A DNA stretch of 64,000 bases from Kudoa neothunni. Lineage: Eukaryota; Animalia; Cnidaria. The stretch covers positions 13,273,843-13,337,842 of the forward strand of contig OZ199838.1 in NCBI GenBank assembly GCA_964304625.1. Direction: 5' to 3'. The notes under the pieces are model-generated. The model saw only the letters and a list, made by a program, of their open reading frames with translations. It was not told the DNA's origin and ran no database searches. This document shows positions 51,918 to 64,000 of this stretch, piece after piece (positions within the stretch are counted from its first letter, which is position 1; each line of letters starts with the position of its first letter). Both the position numbers and the translations under genes were made by a program.

Positions 51918-54900
51918 CAGTGACTTATGGGTCGTGCGCAATTATGGGTCATACGTAATATCGCAATAAAACATAAATTAATAATCTTTTGGTAATATAA
52001 TTTTGACTATGTAAACTTTATTACAAAATGAACGTATTATACAAATTAAACTTTAGACAACTTAAAATATCAATAGTTTTTATGCATTTTATGTGCCATG
52101 CGCAATTTTGGCTTGGGCGTCGGTAGCTAACAAAAAAAATTCCTAACCCTAACGAAAAAGTAGAAATTGTCAAACACTACGAAAAGATATCGAATAAACC
52201 AAACGCCAAATCGGAATCAATGAAGGCCTTCGACGTAAAAGCAAGATATTACTTGAATATTATCCTAAACAATAAAGACAAGTTGCTTAAGCATTATAAC
52301 GACAGTTCTGTTTCCGAATTAAGAAAAACCCTTAAGAAAGTAGAATATATAGATATCGATCATCAAGTGAAAGACTGGATAGAGCTCATGAGAGCGAAAA
52401 ATATAGAATTTTCTCAAGAAGTTATCATCAATAAAGCCAATGAATTCCTTGGTGATGCCTCAAAGGAAACACCTTTGTCTACTGGCTGATTTTATGGCTT
52501 TATAAAAAGATTTAATATCTCTCGTAATACATTTTTCGGCGAATCTAAATGTGTAAACAATATTGTCATCGAGGAATGGAAAACCAAGGTGGGCGAAATC
52601 CCTAAGAGCTGGGAGCCTAAGGATATTTTCAATACAGACGAAACAGGCTTGTATTATCAGCAACGAAAAAGTTATTAATATTTTTATGTGTTATATATCT
52701 TGTGTGGGTAGAGGATATGTATTCGCTAACGAGGTAAATAAAAATGGGTGCAAACAATAAAAAAAAAGAATAACTGCCTTATTTACCTGCTCTATGCTTG
52801 GAGAAAAATTAGACCCATTAATAGTAGGTAAGTTTTCAAAGCTCCGTTGTTTTGGATCAATTAAAAAGCCGCCGTTGGATTATGAAGCAAACACTAACGC
52901 TTGGATGACAGAGAAAATATTTTCCCAGTTCCTCATTGGGTGGAACAACAAATTAATTATGTCAACAAGAAAAATTTTGCTTTTTCTTGACAACTGCCCC
53001 TCACACCCTAATTTGAACCTTTCCAATATTACTTTATGTTTCTTCCCACCCAATGCTACTAGCGTTTTGCAGCCTCTTGACCAAGGGATAATCAACAATG
53101 TTAAAGTAATTTATAAGAAACATTTAATGGAGTCTCTTATACAGAGCGTGGAGGCTGTATCGACAAAATGCGAATTACCCAAAATTTTGGAAGCGATGTT
53201 TCTGTTGAAGAATTCATGGGATCATGTAAAAACCGAGACAATTGTAAATTGTTTTAAGAAGTCATTTTTTTCCATGCCAAAAAGAATTAGAAACTTTCAC
53301 AGCAAATGAAAATCTAACCATCGAATTAACACTTGTACTTACACTCTGGGTCCAATGGACCCAGAGCATGGTTGTTGTTTATATTATGGCTCTCTCAATA
53401 GAGTCAGAAAGTCAAAATTTAGTGTAGCTTCCTAAATATTTAGGTTGTATTTTTATTTATATTTATATGATCTAATAATGTTTAAGTGGTTTGTTATTTA
53501 ATCGAAAAAAAGTTACACCCTCTTATGTACAAACTGGGTCCAATGGACCCAGTAGAATAACTTGACAATTAACGTTTTTATACAAATAAAAACCAATACA
53601 AACAATAAAAAAACAAAATATATTTAATGGAGAAATCTGAAAATCCAGATTTGACGGTAACAAAATAAAATATCCCTAAGTAATTGCACCTTTGTTTGTT
53701 TCGAGCCATGTTTAAAAATTATAGGTTGTTGCATACTTTACAATAACTTATAAAATTTTTAAGTATAATATTAATTTATTATAAATAAAATTATGGTTTT
53801 CTACGCTAAAATATCTAGGAATAGTTATTACCAAGGATAGTAACAAATTAATCTTTTATCGCCCTCGTGTCGCTGCTAATCCGTGGAGAATGTTAACCCT
53901 TGATGATGCAATAAAAATGATTATGGAAAACTCAGAAGATTCTAACGTGGATGAGAATTTTTCTTCTGATGAAGAAATAGACAACGTTATAGAAGAACCA
54001 GTTTCAAGCTATTCGGAGAATATTTCTGATACTGAACAATCTCAAGAGGAAACTCAATTTTCAAGAGACAAATTTATTAAATGAAAGTCACAAATACCAA
54101 CTAAGGTGGTTAGAACACTTAACTACAATATTGTACCAAATTATAGATCTAGAATCCCAAACGAAGTTAGGGAAAAAATATTTTCACCATTGACTTCATT
54201 CATAAGTTTTATTGGAGATGATATTATTTTAAAAATAATAACTTCGACAGACACATTTATGGAAAAGAGAAACAATAAAATAAAACTTAACGATTCTGAT
54301 GTTTGGAAATGGATAGGTGATAATTTATATTTTGGAATAATATCATATCGGAGATATAGAATTATCTCTGAAAATATTCGTTTCGATAACCGCGTAGAGC
54401 GTGACCTTCAGAGAAAAGACACACCAATTAGTTTTGTATGGGATTTATTTATAAATAATTGCCAAAATAACTACATACTATCAGAGCAATTAACAGTGGA
54501 TGAACAGCTTTGCACAACAAGGGGTCGTGTGAATTTTAAAACTTATATACCGGGTAAACCCGGAAAATATGGCATCAAAATTTGGGTTTTGGCGGGTGCT
54601 ATAAATGCTTACTTGTGTAATGCCCAAATTTATACAGGAAGATCATAAAATGGTCTGAGGGTAAATCAGGGGGAACGAGTTGTCGGAGAACTCGCAAACC
54701 TTTACCTAGATAAAGGTAGAACTATAACAACTGACAATTTTTTCACCAGTTTAAACCTGGCAAAATATTTTAGAGGCCGTAAGACAGCCCTAGTTGGAAC
54801 TGTGAGAAAGTCACGTAAATTTTTACCTACGTGCTTTCAACAGAATAAAAAAGAAGTTGGATCTCAGTTTCTTTTTCATGATAAAATCACTCTTGTTAAG

Positions 54901-56104
54901 TTTTGTGAAAAGCCAAATAAGTCTGTTTTGCTTCTCAGTTCTCTACACAATCACAATTACATTGAGGAAGATGGGAAGCCCGAAATAGTACATTACTATT
55001 ACCAAACTAAGGCTGGCGTCGATGTTCTTGATCAGCTTATTCGATTCTACACTGTAAGGAGAAGACCTCTAAGATATCCACTTACAATATTCTATAATAT
55101 GGTTGACATTGCTGGTTATAACTCAATGGTTGTATATTTGGAAAAATATATTGAATTTAAGTTAAAATAAAAAAACCGTACAGGGCGGCAATATTTACAA
55201 AATTTAGTTGATGAAATTGTTGAAGCATACGGTAACGATAATAGTGACCCTTCGCTTATCGAACCATCAAAAATCTATAGAAGAGTGAAAAAAGATGCCG
55301 GTTGTGCTCCTACATAGCAGACATAAAAACTAAGACGATCTGTTCTAAGTGCGGAAAAAACGTTTGTAAACGACATTATTCAGTTTTATGTAAGAATTGC
55401 CATTGATTGTTTATGTTTATTATAAAACTAAAAATTCACACTAGTATATTTGTACTGTCATCCACGTCAGTAATGGAGTCGTGTTATATCTTGTTTTTTA
55501 CAGCTTTGCGATAAATTATTAACATGATATTAAAAATAAACCAATAAGAAATTTTCTTTTATATTTATGGCATATTTATAATCAGTTGAATAGCGTTAAG
55601 TCCAATTTTACCGGCTGGGTCCATTGGACCCAGTTTGTGCAATAGTGTGATTTTTTGGGGCGTACGTACGAGTGTTAAGAGAAAGGATGGAAGAAGAAGT
55701 CAATATAATCATTAGAAATCCAGAAGTTTGTGCTGCTGATGAAGCGGATAGCGATAATACTAGTATTCTTTCACACCATGGCAGGATAGAAGCAGAATCT
55801 GATAATGATTCTATTGAAGCTGTTCCCGTTTCTGATAAGGATATGTTTAAATATTTGTCCTGTATAAGGAGATATTTTAAAACAAAAAGCCCACAAACGT
55901 TAAAGCAAATAACAAAATTCGACGATCTAATTTTAGGAACAGCTGCATTACGAATTACTTTTAAAGTAGCAGTAGTTAAGTACGCTTTTTATGAAAATAT
56001 TACGTATTATTTTTAATCTTTGTTTTATTCGCATGCACAAAGTTATGTGTGGCGCGTAATGACTTTGATTTCCCTTTTGATTGCGCAAGACCCATAAGTC
56101 ACTG
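51918..56104 (+). mobile_element. pogo/Tigger element nested in the outer piggyBac
   Basis: 25-bp TIR cagtgacttatgggtc(g/t)tgcgcaat with TA TSD. Motifs IFNTDETGLYY, LLFLDNCPSH and FFPPNATSVLQPLDQGII. The C-terminus resumes after the inner piggyBac (IEL|RERMEEE). Confidence 0.92.
53330..55674 (+). mobile_element. Inner piggyBac element nested in the pogo transposase
   Basis: TTAA|cacttgtacttac ... gtacgtacgagtg|TTAA. Motifs LTVDEQL, YIPGKPGKYGIKIW, ITTDNFF, TKAGVDVLDQ and a C-terminal CSKCGKNVCKRH. In-frame stops are present. Confidence 0.93.
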
Positions 56105-59100
56105 TAGTTTGCTAATCATTTTTTATTACGTACTAGAAACAAATAGTTCTCAAATGTTTGTTGCAACAGAATTGGGAGCAGCTATAACATTGATACTTTG
56201 TTTTTGTATCGGAAAATCGAGCGCATAGGCTATATCTTTTTTTCGTCGTAGACTTCAAGGTTTCAACAGCCAACTCAGTACGGTTGGGTCGCTGGTGGGC
56301 TTCACTAATTAGTCTGCAAGTTGTTATAAATAATTGCTTCTACAAATATTAGGTTTATTAAATATCGTTTTATTTAAATAAAACGAATTGAGCAAACTTA
56401 TATCAAGCATATTATAAAAAACACCATATGCCATCTTCTGGTGTATCTTTAACGCTAGTCATGGACAGAATACGATCTATCGTATCCATGCCTCCCTTGG
56501 TTTTGTTATTATCAATTATAACCTGGGGCTTTTTTGTCTTCTCTTGGCATAAATTGACATTATTAGAGGATGTAGCCAATAAAGTAACCGCTTTGTTCCT
56601 TTTTGGAACAAATGACACCATCATTTTCTTTTCATGAAAAATGAATATAGAACTAAAAACCTCTCTCGATTTCCTGGCTATATGAATTAATGAAATGTCC
56701 CGTTTATTATGGCGGATAACCCCCAGATGAGTTAAACCAAGATTAAGAAGTTTGTTTGCCAACGGAACCGAGATAAGAAAAGTATCACAAACAATGTTTC
56801 TTCCAGATCCTTTTAAATGTGACGAGAGCTGTAAAACAACCTTTTCACCAACACATTTGGTAATTTGGTTATTGAATCTTCCCAGATAAACGGAAACGTT
56901 GTGTGTATAGTTGGTATGAGGGTTAGTTAAAAGAAAGAATTTAATGCCATAAACTGCAGGTTTAGATGACATATGCTGCTTAAAGGGGGAACCTGCTTCA
57001 AATGCAACTAATAGTTCATCGGCAGTAAGATCGGCAGAAGGAACTACACACATCGGCAAAGTACTTTTCCATCTATTGAAACCATCGGTTACAGGGCAAA
57101 ACTTATCATTTTCTTGCCTCAGACTCCTTGTCTCATAATTATCAAAATGGAGACTTTTATTTATTTGGGTAACTCTATATAATGACATAATCCTACGAAA
57201 TATGTCACGTCCTTTAATCAAACTCCATAGTTGCTTAAGAGATACCATTTTAGATCGGAAGATTGATATATATATATATATATATATATATATCATTCCC
57301 AATATATGATTTAAATTCCACTATATTTAGATTTTCCCATTTTCCCCCGTAATGAAATGCACCAAATTTGTTAGTGTGAATAATGACAGAATTGAAAAAC
57401 TCATCATCAAACAAAATAGAAAAACAATCCTGCAAATTGCAAATGCAGTTAGGCCTGGAGACTTGATTAAGATGTTTTCTTTCTTGATTGTTGTATTTAA
57501 AGGCTCAACTGAAGACCATAGCACATTGTTTTTGTCCCTATACATGTTAATGGCGACATCACCTGAATTACAACAGCTTGACGAAGAGAAATATTATTCA
57601 ATAATATCTTCAATCTCACTGCAATCAGAGTCATCATTTGTTAGGAAACCATCATATAATTCTTCCCTTTCTACCGGCCGATGACAATCGGGATAGATCG
57701 TCAAATGACGGAAGCATAAACCGTGATTTTTCTCGATATTTAGAGGATATAACCTTTCAAAATTATAATATTTTATTTTTTGTAATTTTATGAATGTTTT
57801 TATAAAATAAAAACGTGGGGTCCTCCTGGACCCCAAAACCGCTTGTTTCAATTATTTGACATTAAATTTTAACAAACAAAAATATCTTAATTTTAAATTC
57901 AATTATGAATATATAAAAACTTATAAAAGAACAATGATTGGATACAGCCGATTTAAAGTTTTCAGTAAGCAGCGAATTGAGATGAAAAGCGGCCTGGGGT
58001 CCAAAGAGTCCCCAGAAATGCTTGGAGGGTTAAATAGAAAAACTTTAAATAAGTGAGCATATAAATAATTATGATTTGTTTGTGATCAATTAAGGTATAA
58101 GTTAAGAAATTAGAGTTGATATTAATAAAATAATAAATTTTTCATCACATACTAAAATTGAATGTTTCTATGTAGAGATCAACGTCAAAAAAATCAACAT
58201 TGGACATTCAGAGCTCTTTAAAGTTTTGAATTAATGAGAATCACCACAATGATTTGAATCCGCATAAAAAAGTTTATAATTATAAATAATATGATTTTGT
58301 TAGAGAATTCATTACATCATAAACTTATCACGAGTTTATGATACCAACAACTTCTTATTGTATTATATGTAGAGCTAATAGATATTCTGATGACAAAAGT
58401 TACAAAAATAATTCGCTTAAAAATTAAGAATGAATCCATTAATAAACTAGATCATTCATTTTGTTAAATTACAAGAATAATAATGTTTTTCTTTTCCTAA
58501 GTAAAGCCATCTAGCACATGTTCCTACGGACCAATATCCTTCGTTTTTTAGATATTAATATATAATATACCATGGTAATTTTTGAAAGGATCGTAATTTA
58601 AAACAGTTTGCTTCAACAACAGTAAACCGATTCGTACGTGCCAATAGACACTCCTTATAATTTTATCATGCTGGATTATGCGCTCGCGAAACCGTAAATG
58701 TAATACAATTTGTTAAACACCAATATCTAGAACACTGATAATTAAAACGAACGTTCGTACCATCCCTTAGATAAATTATTTAATTTACACTCATAGAGAA
58801 CAGAATTAAGCGAATAATTTAAAAATTGTGTTTCATATTAATAAATCTTAAAACGACCCTCAAATTATTGAAATGACCCTAAGAACATAAAATACGCTGA
58901 TTTTATGCGTTTTCGTTATCATAAAACCTTCAACTTGGAATAAATTTGAGATATAATACTGGTACACGCACAATTTGCATTTTGATGCTGAAATATTGTA
59001 ATTAAAGTCCGATTCGCATATTTCATTTATCTGCGAATTTCCATATCGACGATGAATTGCCGAACGCACGTGCGATGTGTTTCGCATAGAAAAATACAAA

Positions 59101-59249
59101 TATACGGTGTTTATAATTTTAAAATCTATTCTATTCGAAGTTCCAGTTGTATGATTTGCTAATTGTCCTTAAATAGAACAAATCGTAATAAGACGGATAA
59201 TTATCGCACACAGCTTTGATTGAATCCAAGTTTACTTGTTGTTTCATAA

Positions 59250-60444
59250 GTTGGATATTATTATTTGGATTCGTCAACTGAAACTCGATATCTCGTTCAA
59301 CTGAACTTTTCCCTTGCTTTAATTTTTCTATTGAACAATCATGCCCAGCGTGTGATTGATCAAAGCGGTCGAAGAAATGTCATTTGAAGCTTTCACAATT
59401 ATTCGTTGTAAGTGAAATATTTTTCATCACTCGTTCAGACGAGCTCCAAAAAGAAGGAGGAAATTTTGAATTTTCTCTGTATGGTTCAATGAAATATTTA
59501 AAAGATATTCCAAGTTTTTCAAATTCTTTTGGAACGAAATTAGAAGGTAAAAATGATAAGGACGTAACCATTCTTAATAGACATCGAAACTCAATGTTTT
59601 GCTGTGCATTTTGTAACAAACCAATTTTTTGAATTTTTCTCCAAACGTCTTTTCCAAAATGGAAGGTACAAACTTTTATATTAATTGTTTTTGATGCTTT
59701 TTCAAAATCAATTATTAAATTATCAGATAATTTAATATGTAGTGTTTCTTTCATTATGTTTATCATAAGGTTATAATCCTCTTCAATTTGTCCAGGCATT
59801 AAAATAAATATTAATGGAAATACCCTGTTAAAAATTACACCATGGATAACATAAAGTTGATAGAATCCTCTGGGTATCGTACCACCTTAAACGTTCCGTC
59901 GGAGAGTCAAATATTCGAGTTGTTTAAGTGACATATTTTCCTCCGTATAAAATATTATCATTCTTTTTGTGTAAAGGGATCCATTGTCGTAATAACAGAA
60001 TATTTTCCCTCCTAATGTAAATATTCCAATGTTTAACAGGCTGGTCTCATTTACAACCGAGATGCTCATCCTTTTTCTCGTGTTTTGGATCAGTTTATAA
60101 ACCGTTCTTTTGTTAAATATGGGAGTTCCTCAAGTGGTTTTCTGTTTTATGCATTGGCTGTAAACTCTGTTCGTAGAGTATGCCGTTTCTTCAACAACAG
60201 CCCTTATTTTATTATTTAATATCGCTTTTTTGTGATTTTCACCAACAATGTGATTATGCTCGTCAACGGTCACATTTCTACTGATATCCGGCAGCAAAGA
60301 AGTTTGCAACATACCGCGGCATTTTCTTTTTTGACACCTCCAAAATTGTGTATCATCATTCGATGATGTCGTGACGTAAAAACGTTGCATATAAAGTATT
60401 TTGTGATTACATCGTAGGGTTTTCAAAAGTATAAACCCCGCCAT
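59250..60444 (-). pseudogene. FLYWCH-containing MULE transposase relic
   Basis: QFWRCQKRKCRG..EHNH (FLYWCH), IIDFEKA, CTFHFGKDVWRKIQ and TTNNCESF, with multiple disruptions. Confidence 0.85.
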
Positions 60445-61101
60445 TATATCTTAGGTTACTGATTGCGCATGTGACGTTTCGTGGAGTTACAACCAAAAAT
60501 AATACTTAAAAAATAAAAAACTGTTGATACAGATGCAATCGAATCTAATGAAAACCCAAATATTACAAAAATACTTTAAAAAACAAGTGAAACAATAAAT
60601 TTAGACGCAAACGCGAGATGAAATTGCAACAAATCATTCTTCTGTTTTCTCCGATCACTTTAATTACATAAAATCCGATTTCAATTCGAACCTTCGTTAA
60701 AACTATAAACAATAAATTTAATTATTAAATACGAATAAACACTTAATTTAGCATTAATTAGTGAATCTTCTTACCGAAATATTAACGGACCACTTACCTA
60801 TCGATGTCGAATATCAAAACAGTAATTGTATTTTAAAATTCAATATTTTTTCATAAGCTACAATGGACGAATTATTTCTGTTCTATCTCAAACAATAAAC
60901 TCGATGCTGATATAAACGGTTATGCACATGTCTCTAATTAACCTTTACATCAATTAAATTAAATCTAATTCTAAATCGGTCTCACTTTAATATAAAATCT
61001 CTAAAAATTGCATCTAATCTAACTTTGGTAAAATTGGCTTTCTCCCTTAGCATAACATTAGCATATCATTAGCATCACGTGGTGAGTGTTAATTTTGAGC
61101 G

Positions 61102-62449
61102 ATGGAGTTTGACCAGCTTCAAGTTGTAAAGGTATTATCAATATAACGAATCGAAATTTTGTCCGAAAGATTAAATTTTATTCTTTAGGACCCATTGCTA
61201 CTGAATAATAGCTTCAATATTCACAATCTCAACAAAGTAACCAGCCTATTCGTCGTAAACGTGTATCAAACTTGAATCGAAGTAGCATTTGAAAATTGAT
61301 GTGGTTGAAATGGATACCGACCACATAGAGTTTGATTTAATTGGAGTTGATGTTTCGATTGCGAATGCCATTCGTCGCATTATACTTTCGGATGTAGATT
61401 GATTGGTTGGTCATTGGATGATTCATAAAAATTGTTTTTAGATCCCCTCTATTGCTATAGAAAAAGTTCACATGATGAACAATACTAGTATTGTGTCCGA
61501 CGAAGTGCTGGATAATTGACAAACTAGGTCTCATTAACTTTTCTCTAGGTGATAGCACATCGACTTGGTTTGGTGCCAATAGATGTGGATCCTTCGGCGA
61601 TAGAGTTTGTAGATGAGCAAGCTAAGTTGGATCAAACTGAAGACCTTCCTGAAAATCAAGTGCTATTGTTTGAGTTGAAATGTAAATGTATTCAAAAGCA
61701 CGATGGTTCCGTTGAAAATAATATAGGTAAATAGTTAGCTGTTTGTCATTATATGTATGTGGTATGTACGATTTAGTAACATCTGGAATGTTGAAATGGG
61801 TCCCTATTGGAAATCAAGAGGAACTCTTTGGTGATAAACCACCAAAACCACTTCATGATGATATAATATTGGTCAAATTGAACCCGAAACAGGTCTTTGG
61901 TTGTATTTGAGTCAGAAAAATATCTCTAATAGGAATTGGAAATGCGACTGTTATGTGTGAAGGGTGTTGGTAGAGATCATGCCAAGTTCTCTCCAGTTTG
62001 TGAGTTTTTTATGTTTTTCTTATAAAACAGACATTAATTATGGCTATTCCAATAGCAAACGTGTCATATAGACTGTATCCAGAAATCAAATTGAAAAAGA
62101 AAATTTACGGCGACGATGCGGTCACATTAAAAAACTATTTTTCTCCTGGGGTAGTGGAATTGTTGAACCATCCCAAACATGGCGTTGAAGCCAAAATTGT
62201 CAATAGTCGAATAGATTCCAACAGCAGAAATGTAAAACATGACGATCAACTCAAAGACTTGGTTATTCTATCGCGTCGTCCCAATCATTTCATATGTATT
62301 CTTGTTGAACTTTATGTTCATATGCTGATTTGCTTTTTTTAGTTACTGTCGAGTCTATTGGTGTATATCCGCCTCAAAACTTGGTTATAGCTGCTATCAA
62401 TTTGCTGAAAAGTAAGGCTCAAATGTACATGAACGAAATCAAAGCCTAA
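61102..62449 (+). CDS. POLR1C: RNA polymerase I/III subunit RPAC1 (RPC40)
   Basis: EFDLIGVDVSIANAIRRIILSD|IPSIAIEKV..NNTSIVSDE|VIAHRLGLVPI, DDIILVKLNPKQ|E, KGVGRDHAKFSPV and HFI|..VESIGVYPP. Stop at 62449. Confidence 0.96.
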
Positions 62450-62631
62450 GCTTAATAATTCTTCCGTGTGTTTACATATTTACATGTAGTGCGATTTGCT
62501 CCAATTTATTTAGTGATGATTTTAGTCAAACGAATGTATAAATCTGCTATATTTTTCTTATTTCAAGTCTACTTTTTTTATCTGCGTATATGTCGATGTA
62601 ATGTGTGGTGTCATTAAGCTCGCTTACTTGA

Positions 62632-63809
62632 CACTTGTAATTATCCCCAGAGTCCAATGGATCCTGTTCATGATTATTTCACAAATTGTAGCACTCTCAA
62701 CATAGTCAGGAAGACAAAATTCTGTGTAGCTGCTCAAAAATTTGTTTTATATTTTTTATTTCTATGTAAATAAAAAAACATAGTGTTGTGCACAACGAGG
62801 TCCAATGAACCCCGTTGAATAATTAAACAATTAGCATGTCAAAACGAATTCAAACTCTAAAATAAAAATATATGTTGTAAAAGCCAATCTGAATATAACT
62901 ATGCTTATTAAAAAAATTATAATTTTTAATTTTTATTAATTTTTTTCTATGCACTTTAAAGAAGGAATTATTCCTGATTTTGTTCTGCATTATGTAATTT
63001 TAGTTATACTATTAAATTTTACGATGAATCAAATTGTGGGCGTTTGAAAATACTCGTCGAAAATAATGATTAAGAATGGTAACAGATTAATTTTTTGTTG
63101 ACCTCGTGTAACATATAGTTGTGCGTTACGTTTTCCATTAATGGTGCAATCAAAATGATTACAGAAAACTCAGAAGATTCGACAGTGTAAGAAGGAGGAC
63201 TCTCAGATGGTCACTCACAATATTTTACGATATCTTTGACATCGCTGATCACAACTCACCGATTGTGTACATAGATAAATATAATGAATTTAAACTAAAA
63301 TACAACAACCGAAAAAAACGCCAATATTTACAAAATTTAATTGATGAGATTGTTGAAAAGTACGTTAATGAAAACATTGATCTTGCACTTGCGACATCAC
63401 CTAAATATGATAGGAGAGATAACAAAAAAAGATGTCATTATTGCTCGTGCTTAAAGCATGTAAAAACAAATGCTATCTGCTCTAAATGCGGAAAAAACGT
63501 ATACGAACAACATTACTATGTTCTCTGTTAAAATTGGAACTAATACTTTGTGTTTATTATAAATCCAATGAGTTGGATGAGTTCTTTGATGTTGTCATTG
63601 TTTTAGTAATGACGTTGGGGTTTTCCTCGTATTTCTGCAGGTTGACTATACGTCATTATATAATTTATTTAAAAATGCTTAAAAATAAATTTTTGTTTAT
63701 TCCTAGAATATTTATAAGACATGAACAAACATAAAATCTCATTTTACGAACAAGGTCCGTTGGACCCCTCTGTGCAGTAGTGTAATATTCTTGTGCATGA
63801 GTACTAGTG
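62632..63809 (+). mobile_element. Internally deleted copy of the inner (53330) piggyBac family
   Basis: ttga|cacttgta ... tactagtg|ttta. The N-terminal MITENSEDS is fused directly to VRRRTLRW. ORF 63265-63531 keeps the Cys-rich domain (CHYC..CSKCGKNVYEQH). Confidence 0.85.
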
Positions 63810-64000
63810 TTTATATATATATATATATATGAGACATGGGTGGGACATAACGCTCGAGCGCAAAAAAACAAATATTTCGTAAAAATATGTCACAAAAATA
63901 GTATAAACTATAAAATCAACCTGGATATTGCGAATGGTTGATTATTATTGAGAATTTTGTTGAACGTACTTCTTCCGACCACGCTCTAATTTACGCAACT

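Larger units (their letters stand above)
51319..58029 (-). mobile_element. Outer piggyBac element (degenerate), host of the nested pogo
   Basis: TTAA|ccttacacgcat ... atgcttggaggg|TTAA, with subterminal ggggtcc..ggacccc palindromes at both ends. ORF 56412-57302 has LTADE, SKPAVYGIKF, RNIVCDTF and NKTKGGMDTID. The Cys-rich tail lies at ~56130-56235. Confidence 0.85.

Noticed and set aside
1-64000. Alternative genetic code or systematic stop readthrough
   Set aside because: The exons traced for SLC25A42, cofilin, SEC13, Derlin-1 and POLR1C read without in-frame stops under the standard code.

Overview
This is AT-rich eukaryotic nuclear DNA (roughly 30% GC by eye) using the standard code, with many ~40-60 bp spliceosomal introns. 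It looks like a compact, fast-evolving animal-type genome; the taxon cannot be determined from the sequence alone. Host genes reconstructed by manual splicing are an SLC25A42/Leu5-like mitochondrial carrier (5'-truncated), a divergent PACSIN-type F-BAR gene, cofilin/ADF, SEC13, an MFSD1-like transporter, UBXN6 (PUB+UBX), Derlin-1 and POLR1C/RPC40, plus a few weak orphan candidates. Between them lies a dense set of decayed mobile DNA: piggyBac (including a piggyBac>pogo>piggyBac triple nest at 51.3-58.0 kb), pogo/Tigger, two intron-containing Tc1/IS630-like elements, Buster-type hAT MITEs, MULEs, a Merlin element interrupted by a solo LTR, two non-autonomous Helitrons and a tRNA-Met-derived SINE. 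The most novel-looking item is the F-BAR gene at 9.6-11.8 kb, which has a ~32-copy EEQLKR repeat N-terminal to the F-BAR domain and no SH3 domain. No transposase here looks intact. All family assignments come from recalled motifs, not database searches.
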